DNA of 64,000 nt, taken from assembly GCA_052143915.1 (NCBI GenBank), contig JBKQRS010000288.1, positions 405 through 64,404 on the forward strand. The letters are read 5' to 3'. The stretch comes from Bradyrhizobium sp. Lineage in GTDB: Bacteria > Pseudomonadota > Alphaproteobacteria > Rhizobiales > Xanthobacteraceae. Position numbers and translations under genes: made by a program. The notes beneath the pieces were generated by a model that did no database searches, was not told where the DNA came from, and saw only the letters and a program-made list of their open reading frames with translations. Shown piece by piece: positions 18,836 to 29,158 of the stretch (the stretch's first letter is position 1; every line of letters begins with the position of its first letter).

Positions 18836-20863
18836 TCAGCGTTGCGATTGGGGCGCCGTGACATCGCCTTGTCGCAAGCGGCTCTCATCCGCTTCCTCCC
18901 GCAAGCCCGCGAGCCGAAGCGCCTTGACCATCCTGTCCCTGAAGTCAGCGTCGAAACACCACATGGCGTAATAGCGATCGGCTTTACGCACGCTGATGTC
19001 GGGCTTGAGTTTCAGCAACGCCGGGATTTGAGCTCGGGCTTCGTCAATCTTCCCCAGATGTGGGAGCGTGTAGACGAGATGCAGGCGATCCAACCAGTTT
19101 TGCTCAGAGTAGGACCGTTGAAACACCTCAAGGGCCTTGGCGTATTCTCCCTTCCGATAGTGGTCCTTTGCGATCACCCACCACCACCAGGATGGTGCCG
19201 CCGGCCCTGCAAGTGCGATGCCCTTTTCCGCAAGCTGGCGCCCGTAGTCCCAGTCTCCGGCATAAGCCAGAAGGTTACCCATTAAGCCGAGGGCGTTTGC
19301 ATCGTCCGGATTGATGGCCAGCACCCGGTCAGCTTCAATCCGCATTCTCTCGGTCTGGCAGGTGACGTAGTAGGCAAAGAAAAGCGCGAAATGCGCCGTC
19401 GCATTTTCAGGCGCAAGTTCGACGGCACGATTGCCAGCCTCAACGATGCGGGGAACGAGATCGACCCGCTTGTCAACCTCGTCGAGCCCAGTACCCCAAG
19501 TGTGCTGTATTTGCAGAATGCGCGTCAGGATCGCCCACGCCTCGGCATAGGTGGGGTCGCGTCTTACAGTAGCCTCCAAACACGCACGGGCCCGTCGCAT
19601 TGGCTCTGCGGCACTCTGCGCCGCACTTGCCTGATAGCCTTGAAGGACGCACTCGTAGGATGAAAGCTCTGTGGCTGGCTTCGCGCGCGCCCGCTCCAGC
19701 TCTGCTTTTGCGATCGCACCCGTCCGGATGTCGCCGATAGCAGCGCCGATATGATGTGCGATGTCATTCTGCAAACTGAGAAGGCTGATTGATGTCGTCG
19801 ACCGCTCGTAGGTCTGCGCCCAAACGTGGGTCCCGGTGCGGGCGTCGATAAGCTGCGCAGTGACGCTGATCTGATCGGGGACACGCCTGAAACTGCCTTC
19901 GATGACATATTGCGCCTGGATCTGGCGGCCCAGCTCCTCTATGTCTACTGCCTTTTTCTTGTAGGCGAAGGTGGTGTTGCGAGCCAGCACCCGCAGCTGA
20001 TCGAAGCGACTGAGAACAGTCATGAGTTCATCGCTGATGCCATCCGAGAAAAATTCTTGGCTTGGATCGCCGGAGAGATTGTCGAACGGAAGCACCGCGA
20101 TGGAGGGGCCCCTCGACTGGTTTGCTGCTTCGAACCGGGAAGGTGCCTGCGCGCGCTTGGTCACTTGCCAGGCGCCAATGCCGGCGAGCGCAAGCGCAAC
20201 TGGCAGCAGCACGAGCCAGCGGAGAGATTTCGTTGGCAAGGTCGAGGTGAGGACTTGCCCCAACCACCGCTCAAAGCCGTTGTTGCTCAGATCCTCCGAC
20301 GCCAGAGTCGGCGTGGCCGGCAATCCAGCAATTGCTTCCGTTCCGAGTGCGTAGATGCGGACCGGACGCGCGATGTTTTTGAGTTGCTGCTCGCCGCGGT
20401 CCTCGAACGGAAGTTCCAGTCGACCGGACATGTCCTCGTAAACACGACCAGAAATACAGATTCCTCCCGGCGCACTGAGGGTCTCAAGCCGGGCCGCCAC
20501 GTTGACTCCGTCGCCGAAGATGTCCTGGTCGTCAACGACAATGTCGCCCTCATGCACGCCGATCCGGAATTCGATCCGCTGCTCCACAGGAATATCGACA
20601 CTGCGCTCGGCCATCGCGCGCTGGACAGCCACCGCGCAACCGACAGCCTCTACGGCGCTGGGGTATTCTATGAGAATTCCGTCTCCGGTCGTCTTGACGA
20701 CGCGACCATGATAAGCCGCGATGCTGGGATCGACGATTTGACGCCGAATGGCCTTGATTTGGCGAAGCGTTCCGCTCTCGTCCCGGCCCATCAGCCGGCT
20801 GTAGCCGGCCACGTCTGCGACCAGGATCGCTGCAAGCCGGCGTTGCGGGTGCATTTGATGCAC
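18836..20863 (-). CDS. Class III adenylate/guanylate cyclase with TM helix, TolB-like and TPR domains
   Basis: ADVAGYSRLM, KTTGDG, DIFGDGVNVAARLE, SIAVLPFDNLSGD, TPR-like helices. Confidence 0.9.
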   Translation of the reverse strand: MHQMHPQRRLAAILVADVAGYSRLMGRDESGTLRQIKAIRRQIVDPSIAAYHGRVVKTTGDGILIEYPSAVEAVGCAVAVQRAMAERSVDIPVEQRIEFRIGVHEGDIVVDDQDIFGDGVNVAARLETLSAPGGICISGRVYEDMSGRLELPFEDRGEQQLKNIARPVRIYALGTEAIAGLPATPTLASEDLSNNGFERWLGQVLTSTLPTKSLRWLVLLPVALALAGIGAWQVTKRAQAPSRFEAANQSRGPSIAVLPFDNLSGDPSQEFFSDGISDELMTVLSRFDQLRVLARNTTFAYKKKAVDIEELGRQIQAQYVIEGSFRRVPDQISVTAQLIDARTGTHVWAQTYERSTTSISLLSLQNDIAHHIGAAIGDIRTGAIAKAELERARAKPATELSSYECVLQGYQASAAQSAAEPMRRARACLEATVRRDPTYAEAWAILTRILQIQHTWGTGLDEVDKRVDLVPRIVEAGNRAVELAPENATAHFALFFAYYVTCQTERMRIEADRVLAINPDDANALGLMGNLLAYAGDWDYGRQLAEKGIALAGPAAPSWWWWVIAKDHYRKGEYAKALEVFQRSYSEQNWLDRLHLVYTLPHLGKIDEARAQIPALLKLKPDISVRKADRYYAMWCFDADFRDRMVKALRLAGLREEADESRLRQGDVTAPQSQR

Positions 20864-21014
20864 AGTCGTTCTCCCCTCTCCACGCGGCAGGGCGCTATAC
20901 CGCGAGGGGCAGCATGACCGCGGTTAACTTAGCACCTCTGGGACATGGCTGGTTGGGGAAAATTTGGCTTCCCGCAGCCCCCTACCAGTCGGTTGAGTGG
21001 GGATGTTTGCCGCG

Positions 21015-21072
21015 AGAGAAAACCGGTTCCCACTTTGCGCTAACGCGGCCCTGCGAGTCCGGATCATGCTCG
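21015..21072 (-). repeat. Partial RIME-like repeat (GAGCATGATCCGGA…AAAGTGGGAACCGGTTTTC)
   Basis: Minus strand shares gagcatgatcc and aagtggg-accggttttc with the copy at 27878; contains the stop codon of the MmgE gene. Confidence 0.6.
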
Positions 21073-22419
21073 TCGCGGCACGGCCAGCGAGGTCAGCCCG
21101 GAAGCATCCGGACTCTTGTCGAGCGCCCAGATCGCATCGATCAGCGGCGTGACGTCATGATGCGGATCCCAGCCGGCGGCGGCCATCCTCAACTTGCCTT
21201 CGAGATCATGGTCGGAAAGCGGATTGACTTCGCTGCCGCGCGCTGCTGCCTGCGCCAATTGATGGATCTTGCCATCGACGGTGGTGATCTCGACCGCCGC
21301 CGCGATCGTCGAGAGACCCTCATCGCGCTGCACTTCGACTTTGCTTCGCAACGCCTGCACCCTGGGATCGCGCACGCAGGCATCGGTAAACTGGTCGAGC
21401 CCGGCCTTCCCCGTCACCAGGGCGGCGGCGACCGCATGCTGCACGCTCACCTGCGACTCGCGACCGGTTGAGACATCCTGCCGGTCGGTACGCACACTAA
21501 GCAGCGGATGGCCGCGCACCACAACGCGCGCCACATCCGCTATAGGATTGTCGCGCCGCCAGTCCAGCACGCAATCGAGCACGGGATGGATCACGAAGCC
21601 GCACGGATACGGCTTGTAGGAGGTCGCCATGATCTCCCAGCGCTCGCCCCAATTATCAGTGACAAAAGACAGATCGGGCGTCTCTCCCATGGCATGATAA
21701 AAACCCTGGACACCCGCGAGCGGCTCCGGCGGCCCGTCAAACCCCTTCTCTGCGAGCAGCGCCGACCACAACCCGTTCCGCGCCGCGTTACCGACGCTCA
21801 CGCTCTTCGCAGCCGTGCCCAAACACTCGCAAAGGCCGGAGGATTGCGTGGCCGCGCTGCCCAACGCCCATACCATCTGACGTTCGTTCAGCGCCGCCAG
21901 CTTTCCGCTGCCGGCGGCGGCGCCGAACACGCCGCAGGTCGAGGTGATGTGCCAACCCCTGGCGTAATGGCTGGGCGAGACCGCTAGTCCAATGCGGGCC
22001 TGCACCTCATTGCCGAGGACAAGCGCCAGCAGCAGATCGGGTCCGCTCGCCTGCCGCCATTCGGCATAGGCCAGCAGCGCCGCCGCCACCGGCGCGGTCG
22101 GATGGATCACGGTCGGCACATGGGTGTCGCAGAAATCGTGGACATTGGCGGCGGCGGCGTTGAGGAAGGCGGCGCTCAGCGCATCGATGCGCTCGCTGCG
22201 CCCGATCAGGGTCACCTGCCGGCCGCCGGAAAATTCGGCGAGCGAGCGCAGCGCAATTTCGACCGGCGAGGTGCGGCAACCGGCGAGGCCGACAGCGAAG
22301 AAATTCAGCAGGGAACGCTTGGCCTGATGCCGCACTTGCGCGGGGATGTCGTCCCACCGCGTTGCAACAACGCGCTCGGCAAGGCTCTCGGTCACGCCGG
22401 GTTTGTGCAACATCGTCAT
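21064..22419 (-). CDS. MmgE/PrpD family protein
   Basis: DFCDTH…IHPTAPV, GWHITSTCG, YKPYPCG. Confidence 0.9.
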   Translation of the reverse strand: MTMLHKPGVTESLAERVVATRWDDIPAQVRHQAKRSLLNFFAVGLAGCRTSPVEIALRSLAEFSGGRQVTLIGRSERIDALSAAFLNAAAANVHDFCDTHVPTVIHPTAPVAAALLAYAEWRQASGPDLLLALVLGNEVQARIGLAVSPSHYARGWHITSTCGVFGAAAGSGKLAALNERQMVWALGSAATQSSGLCECLGTAAKSVSVGNAARNGLWSALLAEKGFDGPPEPLAGVQGFYHAMGETPDLSFVTDNWGERWEIMATSYKPYPCGFVIHPVLDCVLDWRRDNPIADVARVVVRGHPLLSVRTDRQDVSTGRESQVSVQHAVAAALVTGKAGLDQFTDACVRDPRVQALRSKVEVQRDEGLSTIAAAVEITTVDGKIHQLAQAAARGSEVNPLSDHDLEGKLRMAAAGWDPHHDVTPLIDAIWALDKSPDASGLTSLAVPRRA

Positions 22420-22507
22420 CCCCAATGGAAATCGGTGCGGAGCATCGCAGGGTGGTGAAAAAGCGCAAACCGAGCGCTCGGTGGACCGGACAGGAAAATT
22501 TGCACAT

Positions 22508-22608
22508 GAGACGATCGGTTCTGATTCAATCAGAACCGATACTCTAGTCTTTTGTTTTACGCGTTTTCTTGACGCGAACCTGTACCCACTTCGCTCGAAA
22601 ACGCTCTA
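22508..22608 (-). repeat. RIME-like palindromic repeat (TAGAGCGTTTTCGAGC… type)
   Basis: Perfect hairpin atcggttctgatt-c-aatcagaaccgat at 22514-22540 plus gcgtttt…aaaacgc. Confidence 0.65.
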
Positions 22609-22650
22609 TGGTGCCGCAGACCAGCGGTCAACGCGAAAATAACAGGACCC

Positions 22651-23643
22651 ATGCAAATCCGCTCGAAATGCCTTGCGCTGGCCGTTGTGTCTCTGGCCTT
22701 TGCCTCTGCCGCAACCCTGGCCGACCGGACTGCGCAGGCGGCCGATTACCCCTCGCGTCCGATCCATCTCATCGTGCCCTATGCCGCCGGCGGCGCCGCC
22801 GATTCAATAGCGCGCGTTCTTGCCAAGCGAGTTGGCATCGCGATCGGACAGACGATCGTGGTCGAGAACCGCGGCGGCGGCGGGTCGATCGTCGGCACCG
22901 AGTTCGTGAACAAAGCCGAACCAGACGGCTACACGCTGCTGCTCGGACAATCCGGGCCGATTTCCATCAACCCGGCCGTCTACAAGAACCTGCCCTACGA
23001 CCCGGTGAAGGATTTTGCGCCGATCTCGATGACGACGACCTATCCCTACCTCATGGTCGTCAGCCCCGCGCTGGGCGTAAAAACCCTGAAGGAATTCGTG
23101 GCGCTGGCCAAGAGCAAGCCCGGCGCCTTGAACTACGGCACCACCGGCGTCGGCGCCGCCAATCACCTGGTCACCGAGCTGTTCGACAGCAGGGCCGGGA
23201 TCAGGATGACGCATATTCCCTATCGCGGCACCGCGCTTGCGGTGACCGACCTGCTCGCCGGGCAGGTGCAGGTGGTGTTCGCCGATCCGATCTCGGCGCT
23301 GCCATTTGTGAATTCAGGTGCGCTGATCGCGCTGGCCGTGACCAGCAAGGACCGCTCACCGGAGGCGCCCACGGTGCCGACGATGTCGGAGAGCGGCTAT
23401 CCCGGCTTCGATGCCGTCGGTTGGCACGGTATCCTGGCGCCTGCCAGGACCCCGCCTGCGATCGTCGCCAGGCTTCATGCCGAAATCGTAGAGGCGCTGA
23501 AAGATCCGGAAACCAGGACCCTGCTGGAGAGCCAGGCGATGCAGATCGTCGGCAGTTCGCCGGAAGAATTCGCCCGCTTTATCAAGCAGGACATCGCGAT
23601 CTGGAAGGGAGTGGCGGACCAGGCCAGGATAGAAGTGAGGTAA
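22651..23643 (+). CDS. Bug/TctC tripartite tricarboxylate transporter substrate-binding protein
   Basis: YPSRPIHLIVPYAAGGAAD, ENRGGGG, PDGYTLL, HIPYRG. Confidence 0.9.
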   Translation: MQIRSKCLALAVVSLAFASAATLADRTAQAADYPSRPIHLIVPYAAGGAADSIARVLAKRVGIAIGQTIVVENRGGGGSIVGTEFVNKAEPDGYTLLLGQSGPISINPAVYKNLPYDPVKDFAPISMTTTYPYLMVVSPALGVKTLKEFVALAKSKPGALNYGTTGVGAANHLVTELFDSRAGIRMTHIPYRGTALAVTDLLAGQVQVVFADPISALPFVNSGALIALAVTSKDRSPEAPTVPTMSESGYPGFDAVGWHGILAPARTPPAIVARLHAEIVEALKDPETRTLLESQAMQIVGSSPEEFARFIKQDIAIWKGVADQARIEVR

Positions 23644-23717
23644 CACGCCCCTCCTATCAAGGCCCGGTCGCCAGGAGCTGGTGACGGCGCAACCCTGGTT
23701 GCGCGATCAAGACTCTA

Positions 23718-25370
23718 TCATTCAGCAGGTGCCGCGATCGGCAAATCGTGTCGCGGAACGTAGTGAGCGCTGGCACCGTACTTTCCAACCACGAAGAAGC
23801 CGGCCGCCACCACCGCGTAAGCCAGCGCAACACCCGGCGTCACACCAAACCCGCCGCCGACGCCGACCGCCTCGCCATGCATGAAGCCGAAATAAGTGAG
23901 CACTGCGCCGGCCAAGGCGAACGCCGAAGCCTTCACGAAGTCGCGCTCGATGATGAACACGCCGATCGCACCGAGTATGAGTCCGGCTAGGATCGAGCCG
24001 CCACCCATCACTTCCAGCCCGTGGTACAGCACACCCTGCTGCGGCAGCGAGGCAATCGCCGCAGCCTTGACGTCGCCCACCTTGTCGGCGGCAAGGCCGC
24101 CGACCGCTTGTGCCGCGTTGACAGTCGCGCCCAGCATGGTGTCGACCTGCAACTTGGCCCATGCGGCGAGATGTGGTGTCAAGGCGACTACGATCGCGGG
24201 CGCATGCTTGATCGGCGTCGTCTGGAACGCCTGGGCGCCGATCAGCATGCCGATATAGAGCAGGATCGGCGAGATCGCGACCACCGGCACCAGCGCCAGC
24301 ATCAGCGAGATAATGCCGAACCACGAAAGCACGACCACCATGATTCCGGTCGCCGCCGAATAGCCGATCCGGCCGCCCATCGCCTTCCATCCGGGATGGC
24401 CGATATAGACGGCGTTGATGAAGGGATTGCCCATCAGGCAGCCGATCAGGCTGACGACGCCGTCGGCGGTCAGGACGCGGGTGGTCGGATATTCGTCACC
24501 GGCCGCTTCCGCGCTTTCGACGTTGTCCATCGCCTCGACCAGATCGTAGATGCCGAACGGGATGGCGGTCACCAGAATGACGCCGAGGAATTCAAAGCCG
24601 GAGAATACCTGGCCGACCGCGGGCAGCGGCACCGAGAAGCCGAAGCTCGCAAAGGCATCACCGAGGCCCTTGACGCTCAGCCCGCCGAGCCCCAGCCCGA
24701 ACAGGTTCGATCCCCATGCGATGATCATGCCGGCCGCAATGGCGACGAGGCCGGCGGGAATTCCCTTGATATACTTCACGCCGCCGAACCAGCTCACCAG
24801 GATGATCGCGAAGCAGATCAGACCGATCTGCGGCGTCATGTATATTTCCAGCGCCGGCCGCATCGAGATGAATGTTACGGACACGCCGGCGAGCGTGCCG
24901 AGCAGGGCCGCGCGCGGAGTAATGCGGCGGATGACCGGGGCAATGAAACCGCCGATCATCAGAATAAAACTCTGGAAGAACACCCAGACGAGGCCGGCCG
25001 CCCAGCCCTTCATCGGATCGCCGGTCTTCAGCGTAATCGGCAGCATGATCACGAAGGTGACGATGAACATGTGCGGCACGCTGACGCCGGAAGGCAGCGC
25101 GCAGACGTCGGTGCGGCCGGTCTTCTGCGCCAGCCGATAGGCGAGGAAGGCGTAGTAGAACGTCGACAGGCACATCATCAGGCCGAGCGCCGGCAGGATG
25201 CGGCCGAACACCAGCGAGTCGGGCATCTTCAGCACGAAGCGCAATAGCCCCGTCAGCACCAGCATGTTGACCAGAATGTTGGTGCCGAAACCGAAAAAGG
25301 CGTTCCAGTCGCCCGGCGTCCACAACACCGGTTTGAAGTCGGACTTTCCGGCAGAAATGCTCGTGCTCAT
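23718..25370 (-). CDS. AzgA/NCS2-like membrane permease; candidate triuret/ureide transporter
   Basis: Many TM segments; GDWNAFFG, ALPSGVSVPH, ESAEAAGD, VYIGHPGWKAMGGRIGYS. Confidence 0.7.
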   Translation of the reverse strand: MSTSISAGKSDFKPVLWTPGDWNAFFGFGTNILVNMLVLTGLLRFVLKMPDSLVFGRILPALGLMMCLSTFYYAFLAYRLAQKTGRTDVCALPSGVSVPHMFIVTFVIMLPITLKTGDPMKGWAAGLVWVFFQSFILMIGGFIAPVIRRITPRAALLGTLAGVSVTFISMRPALEIYMTPQIGLICFAIILVSWFGGVKYIKGIPAGLVAIAAGMIIAWGSNLFGLGLGGLSVKGLGDAFASFGFSVPLPAVGQVFSGFEFLGVILVTAIPFGIYDLVEAMDNVESAEAAGDEYPTTRVLTADGVVSLIGCLMGNPFINAVYIGHPGWKAMGGRIGYSAATGIMVVVLSWFGIISLMLALVPVVAISPILLYIGMLIGAQAFQTTPIKHAPAIVVALTPHLAAWAKLQVDTMLGATVNAAQAVGGLAADKVGDVKAAAIASLPQQGVLYHGLEVMGGGSILAGLILGAIGVFIIERDFVKASAFALAGAVLTYFGFMHGEAVGVGGGFGVTPGVALAYAVVAAGFFVVGKYGASAHYVPRHDLPIAAPAE

Positions 25371-25382
25371 CTGATGCTCCCG

Positions 25383-26093
25383 CTAAGCTGATATGTTTGA
25401 GGTCTCCGGCGTCATTGCTTGAAGGACCGCGGCGGAGTCGCTGACCCAGCCGAAGATGCCACCCTGGGCCTTGATCATCTTCAGGCCCATTTCGTGGAAT
25501 TCAGGGAAATAGGATGCGCAGCCGTCGGCCAGCACGACGCAGCGGTAGCCGCGATCATTGGCCTCGCGCACGGTGGTGTTGACGCAGACCTCCGTGGTCA
25601 CGCCGCACACCAGCAAATTCTCGATGCCGTATTTCTGCAGGATATCGCCGAGTTCGGTCGCGTAGAACGCGCCCTTCCCGGGCTTGTCGATGACGATCTC
25701 GCTGTCGAGCGGGTACAATTCGGGAATGATGTCGTGGCCGGCCTCGCCGCGGATCAGGATCCGCCCCATCGGACCGGGATCGCCGATGCGAAGACTTGGC
25801 GCGCCGCGCTCAATCTTCGCCGGCGGCGCATCGGACAGATCGGGCAAATGGCCCTCGCGGGTGTGCACCACCAGCATCCCGAGATCGCGCGCCGCGCCCA
25901 GCACCGATGCGATCGGCTTCACTGCGGTCGCGAGCCGCGAGACATCGTTGCCCAGCGTTTCGCCGAAGCCGCCGGGCTCCATGAAATCGCGCTGCATGTC
26001 GATGATGACAAGGGCTGTGACCGACCAGTCGAGTTCGATCGGTTCCGGCTCGGCCGCGACGACACCCTTTGGTAGCTGCTCTGAGTTCGCCAT
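25383..26093 (-). CDS. trtA: Cysteine hydrolase (isochorismatase family), triuret hydrolase-like
   Basis: D-K-C triad (IDMQ, DKPGKG, TEVC); TrtA-type residues [25 protein letters not shown]. Confidence 0.7.
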   Translation of the reverse strand: MANSEQLPKGVVAAEPEPIELDWSVTALVIIDMQRDFMEPGGFGETLGNDVSRLATAVKPIASVLGAARDLGMLVVHTREGHLPDLSDAPPAKIERGAPSLRIGDPGPMGRILIRGEAGHDIIPELYPLDSEIVIDKPGKGAFYATELGDILQKYGIENLLVCGVTTEVCVNTTVREANDRGYRCVVLADGCASYFPEFHEMGLKMIKAQGGIFGWVSDSAAVLQAMTPETSNISA

Positions 26094-26136
26094 TACCTAC
26101 GCGCCCCCGGGCGAGAGAACTCCCGGAGTGAACTAA

Positions 26137-26151
26137 GCAAGGCCCGTGCCA
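26137..26151 (-). promoter_or_regulatory. sigma54 (-24/-12) promoter for the trtA-permease operon
   Basis: Minus strand TGGCAC-GGGCC-TTGC, exact consensus spacing, ~45 bp upstream of the start. Confidence 0.8.
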
Positions 26152-26529
26152 TTGTGTACAATGCATCTCGGCGGCATCACGTTTCGGAATCCCCCTTATT
26201 TTCAGCGAGTTGGATTTTTAGCCAGCGCCTCCCCGAGCGCCAGACGCCCCCATCGCGATGTGCATTTGCTTATTCGTTGAGCGTGATGCTGCATCGATCG
26301 CGGCGTCCGGAGGCCGCACCATCGCTCCAGCGTTGTCGCCTGATGCCGAAGGTTGCCTGCGAAAACCTGGTGGGGTCTGCCAAGGTTGACCGTCGGCCCG
26401 TCGCCTGAAAGATTGTCTGCCGCCCCGCCTGAGAAATCAGGTTTTGGCTGGCTTTCCGTATTTCTGGCGCGGAATTTGCTGCTCGTTTGCCGCTTGACTT
26501 AAGATTCCTGGATCGATGGGGAACGTTTG

Positions 26530-27852
26530 ATGGCCACAATCACGACTGCCACTGCGCCGGTTGCACGGAAGCCGCTTTATACCTCGCTGTTTGTTCAGGT
26601 CCTTATCGCCCTGCTGCTGGGGATTGTGCTGGGAATGTCCGTTCCCGATTTTGCCGTCAGCCTGAAGATTTTCAGCGACGCCTTCCTGAAGCTGATTTCC
26701 ATGATCGTCGCGCCGATCGTGTTCTGCGTCGTCGTGCACGGCATCGCAGGCGCCGGCGACCTCAAGAAGGTCGGACGGGTCGGCGTCAAGGCGCTGGTCT
26801 ATTTCGAGGTGATGACAACGGTGGCCCTGGTCGTGGGCCTGTTGCTCGCCTACTTGTTCGGTCCCGGCCACGGCATGAACATCGATCCATCAACCCTCGA
26901 TGCCAAGGCGCTCAACACCTATGCCGACAACGCCCACAAGCTGAAGGGCGGCGGGATCGGCAGCTTCCTGATGAACATCATACCCACCACCTCGTTTGAC
27001 GCGCTGTCGCGCAACGACGTGCTGCAGGTGCTGTTTTTTGCGATCCTGTTCGGCACCAGCCTTGCTTTGGTCGGCGGTGAAAAAGGCGAGAAGATCACCT
27101 CGCTGATCGACGCGGTATCGACCGTGCTGTTTCGGACCATGGGACTGATCGTGCGCGTGGCGCCGCTCGGCGTGCTCGGCGCGGTCGCTTATACGGTCGG
27201 GCAATATGGCGTCGGTTCGCTCAAGCAACTGGTCTCGTTGGTCGCCCTGTTCTATGTCGCGCTCGCGATCTTCGTGCTCGGCGTGCTCGGCAGCGTGATG
27301 GCGCTTGCCGGACTGAACATTCTCAAATTTCTCGGCTATCTGCGTGAGGAACTGACCATCGTGCTGGCGACCGCGTCATCGGACGCCGTGCTGCCGCAGA
27401 TCATGCGCAAGCTCGAATGGCTTGGGGTGAAGAAATCGGTGGTCGGGCTGGTGATCCCGACCGGCTATTCCTTCAACCTGGATGCGTTCTCGATCTACCT
27501 GACGCTCGCGGTCGTCTTCATCGCGCAGGCGACCAACACGCCGCTGTCGTTCGGCGATCTCTTGCTGGTGCTCGGGGTCTCGCTGATTACCTCGAAGGGC
27601 GCGCATGGCGTTCCCGGTTCGGCCATCGTGATCCTCGCGGCCACGCTGAATGCGGTGCCGAGCATTCCTGCGATCGGGCTCGTGCTGGTGCTGTCGGTCG
27701 ACTGGTTCATCGGCATGGCGCGCGCGCTCGGCAACCTGATCGGCAACTGCGTCGCCACCGTTGTCGTTGCGGCATGGGAAGGCGATCTCGATCGCGCCAA
27801 GGCCATCAAGGTGCTCGATGGCGAGGAACTGGTCGACGTGACGGCCGGTTAG
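26530..27852 (+). CDS. dctA: C4-dicarboxylate/cation symporter (DctA family)
   Basis: FLKLISMIVAPIVF, TASSD, PTGYSFNLD, SKGAHGVPG. Confidence 0.85.
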   Translation: MATITTATAPVARKPLYTSLFVQVLIALLLGIVLGMSVPDFAVSLKIFSDAFLKLISMIVAPIVFCVVVHGIAGAGDLKKVGRVGVKALVYFEVMTTVALVVGLLLAYLFGPGHGMNIDPSTLDAKALNTYADNAHKLKGGGIGSFLMNIIPTTSFDALSRNDVLQVLFFAILFGTSLALVGGEKGEKITSLIDAVSTVLFRTMGLIVRVAPLGVLGAVAYTVGQYGVGSLKQLVSLVALFYVALAIFVLGVLGSVMALAGLNILKFLGYLREELTIVLATASSDAVLPQIMRKLEWLGVKKSVVGLVIPTGYSFNLDAFSIYLTLAVVFIAQATNTPLSFGDLLLVLGVSLITSKGAHGVPGSAIVILAATLNAVPSIPAIGLVLVLSVDWFIGMARALGNLIGNCVATVVVAAWEGDLDRAKAIKVLDGEELVDVTAG

Positions 27853-27877
27853 CGCGCGGACTCGTCCGTCTACCGGG

Positions 27878-28007
27878 CTAGAGCATGATCCCGAAAAGTG
27901 GGCACCGGTTTTCCCTCGCGACAAACGCGAAGCGTTTGCGCGGAGATCATGCTCAAACAAAAAGCCAGAGCGAGATGACGATTCAACGAAAAGTCATTTC
28001 GCTCTGG
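27878..28007 (+). repeat. Full-length RIME-like double-hairpin repeat
   Basis: ctagagcatgatc…gatcatgctc and ccagagcgagatgac…gtcatttcgctctgg; shares ccctcgcgacaaacgcg with the 17069 copy. Confidence 0.8.
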
Positions 28008-28069
28008 TGGACGTCCGCCTTTGGCACGCGTCGCGCAGCCTGCTCGATAGACTTGCTCAATAGACTTGC

Positions 28070-28957
28070 TCAGTAGATTTGGGGGACGAAACGCTGGCTC
28101 GACTTCCTGGGTCGCCTATAGCCGGTATCCGCTTGGCGCAGGGGTAGCTCGATCTCGACCGGCCTCATGTCCTGATAGGGAATTTGATTCAGCAGGTGCC
28201 GGATGCAGTTGAGCCGGGCCCGTTTCTTGTCATCGGCGTTGACGACATGCCACGGGGTCTTCTTGCGATCGGTGTGCGCGAACATCACGTCTTTGGCCCT
28301 GGAATATTCGACCCAACGCTTGCGCGATTCCACGTCCATCGGGCTGAGCTTCCAGCGCTTGATCGGGTTTCGGATGCGCTCCTGAAAACGCCGCTCCTGC
28401 TCCTCGTCGTTGACCGAGAACCAGTACTTGATGAGACAGATTCCCGAGCGCACCAGCATCTCCTCGAAAATCGGACAGGAACGCAGGAACTCCTGATATT
28501 CGTCCTCGCTGCAGAAATCCATGACGCGCTCGACGCCGGCGCGGTTGTACCAGCTGCGATCGAACAGCACGATTTCACCCCGCCTCGGGAGCTCAGCGAC
28601 ATAGCGCTGAAAATACCACTGGCCGCGCTCGCGCTCCGTCGGCGTGCCGAGCGCCACGACGCGGCAGATGCGAGGGTTCAGGCTTTCGGTGATGCGCTTG
28701 ATGACTCCGCCTTTGCCGGCGGCGTCGCGGCCCTCGAAGACGACCGCGACCTTGAGGCCCTGCAACCGGACCCATTCCTGCAACTTGATGAGTTCGAACT
28801 GCAGATGGGCGAGCTCGTCGATATATTTGTAGTTCGTCGGCGGTTTGCGCGGCTTCGGCCGTCCGGCCGCGTGCCAATACTGCTCGACGGCAGTGACCTC
28901 CTTGGCGTCGCGCAATACAGATCCCTCAGGCGCGGCGGATTTGCGGTTCTTTGCCAT
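28070..28957 (-). CDS. ppk2: Polyphosphate kinase 2
   Basis: FEGRDAAGKGG, WYFQRY, FDRSWYNRAGVE, WKLSPMD. Confidence 0.95.
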   Translation of the reverse strand: MAKNRKSAAPEGSVLRDAKEVTAVEQYWHAAGRPKPRKPPTNYKYIDELAHLQFELIKLQEWVRLQGLKVAVVFEGRDAAGKGGVIKRITESLNPRICRVVALGTPTERERGQWYFQRYVAELPRRGEIVLFDRSWYNRAGVERVMDFCSEDEYQEFLRSCPIFEEMLVRSGICLIKYWFSVNDEEQERRFQERIRNPIKRWKLSPMDVESRKRWVEYSRAKDVMFAHTDRKKTPWHVVNADDKKRARLNCIRHLLNQIPYQDMRPVEIELPLRQADTGYRRPRKSSQRFVPQIY

Positions 28958-29158
28958 TGCTCCCCCAGGGATCGCACGACGATGACGAATCGTCCTCCAG
29001 CCAAGGCTGGAGGACGCCGTCTGAAAATATGACGGCTGCGAGACAGCGGACCATGATCTAGCGCAAGGCTGACGGCCTTGATCGGTGCAGTGGACGATTC
29101 GCCACGCGTCCATTGCCAGCGATCATCCGGCGACGCGCCAATGAGCCGTTGTCCTTAT

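Noticed and set aside
18836-20863. Cyclase-TPR gene as a defence or signalling novelty
   Set aside because: Standalone class III cyclase-TolB-TPR proteins are common and multicopy in rhizobia; no effector partner is adjacent.
28021-28036. TTGGCACGCGTCGCGC sigma54-like site
   Set aside because: The -12 element is poor, and it points into the 3' end of the convergent ppk2 with no downstream gene.
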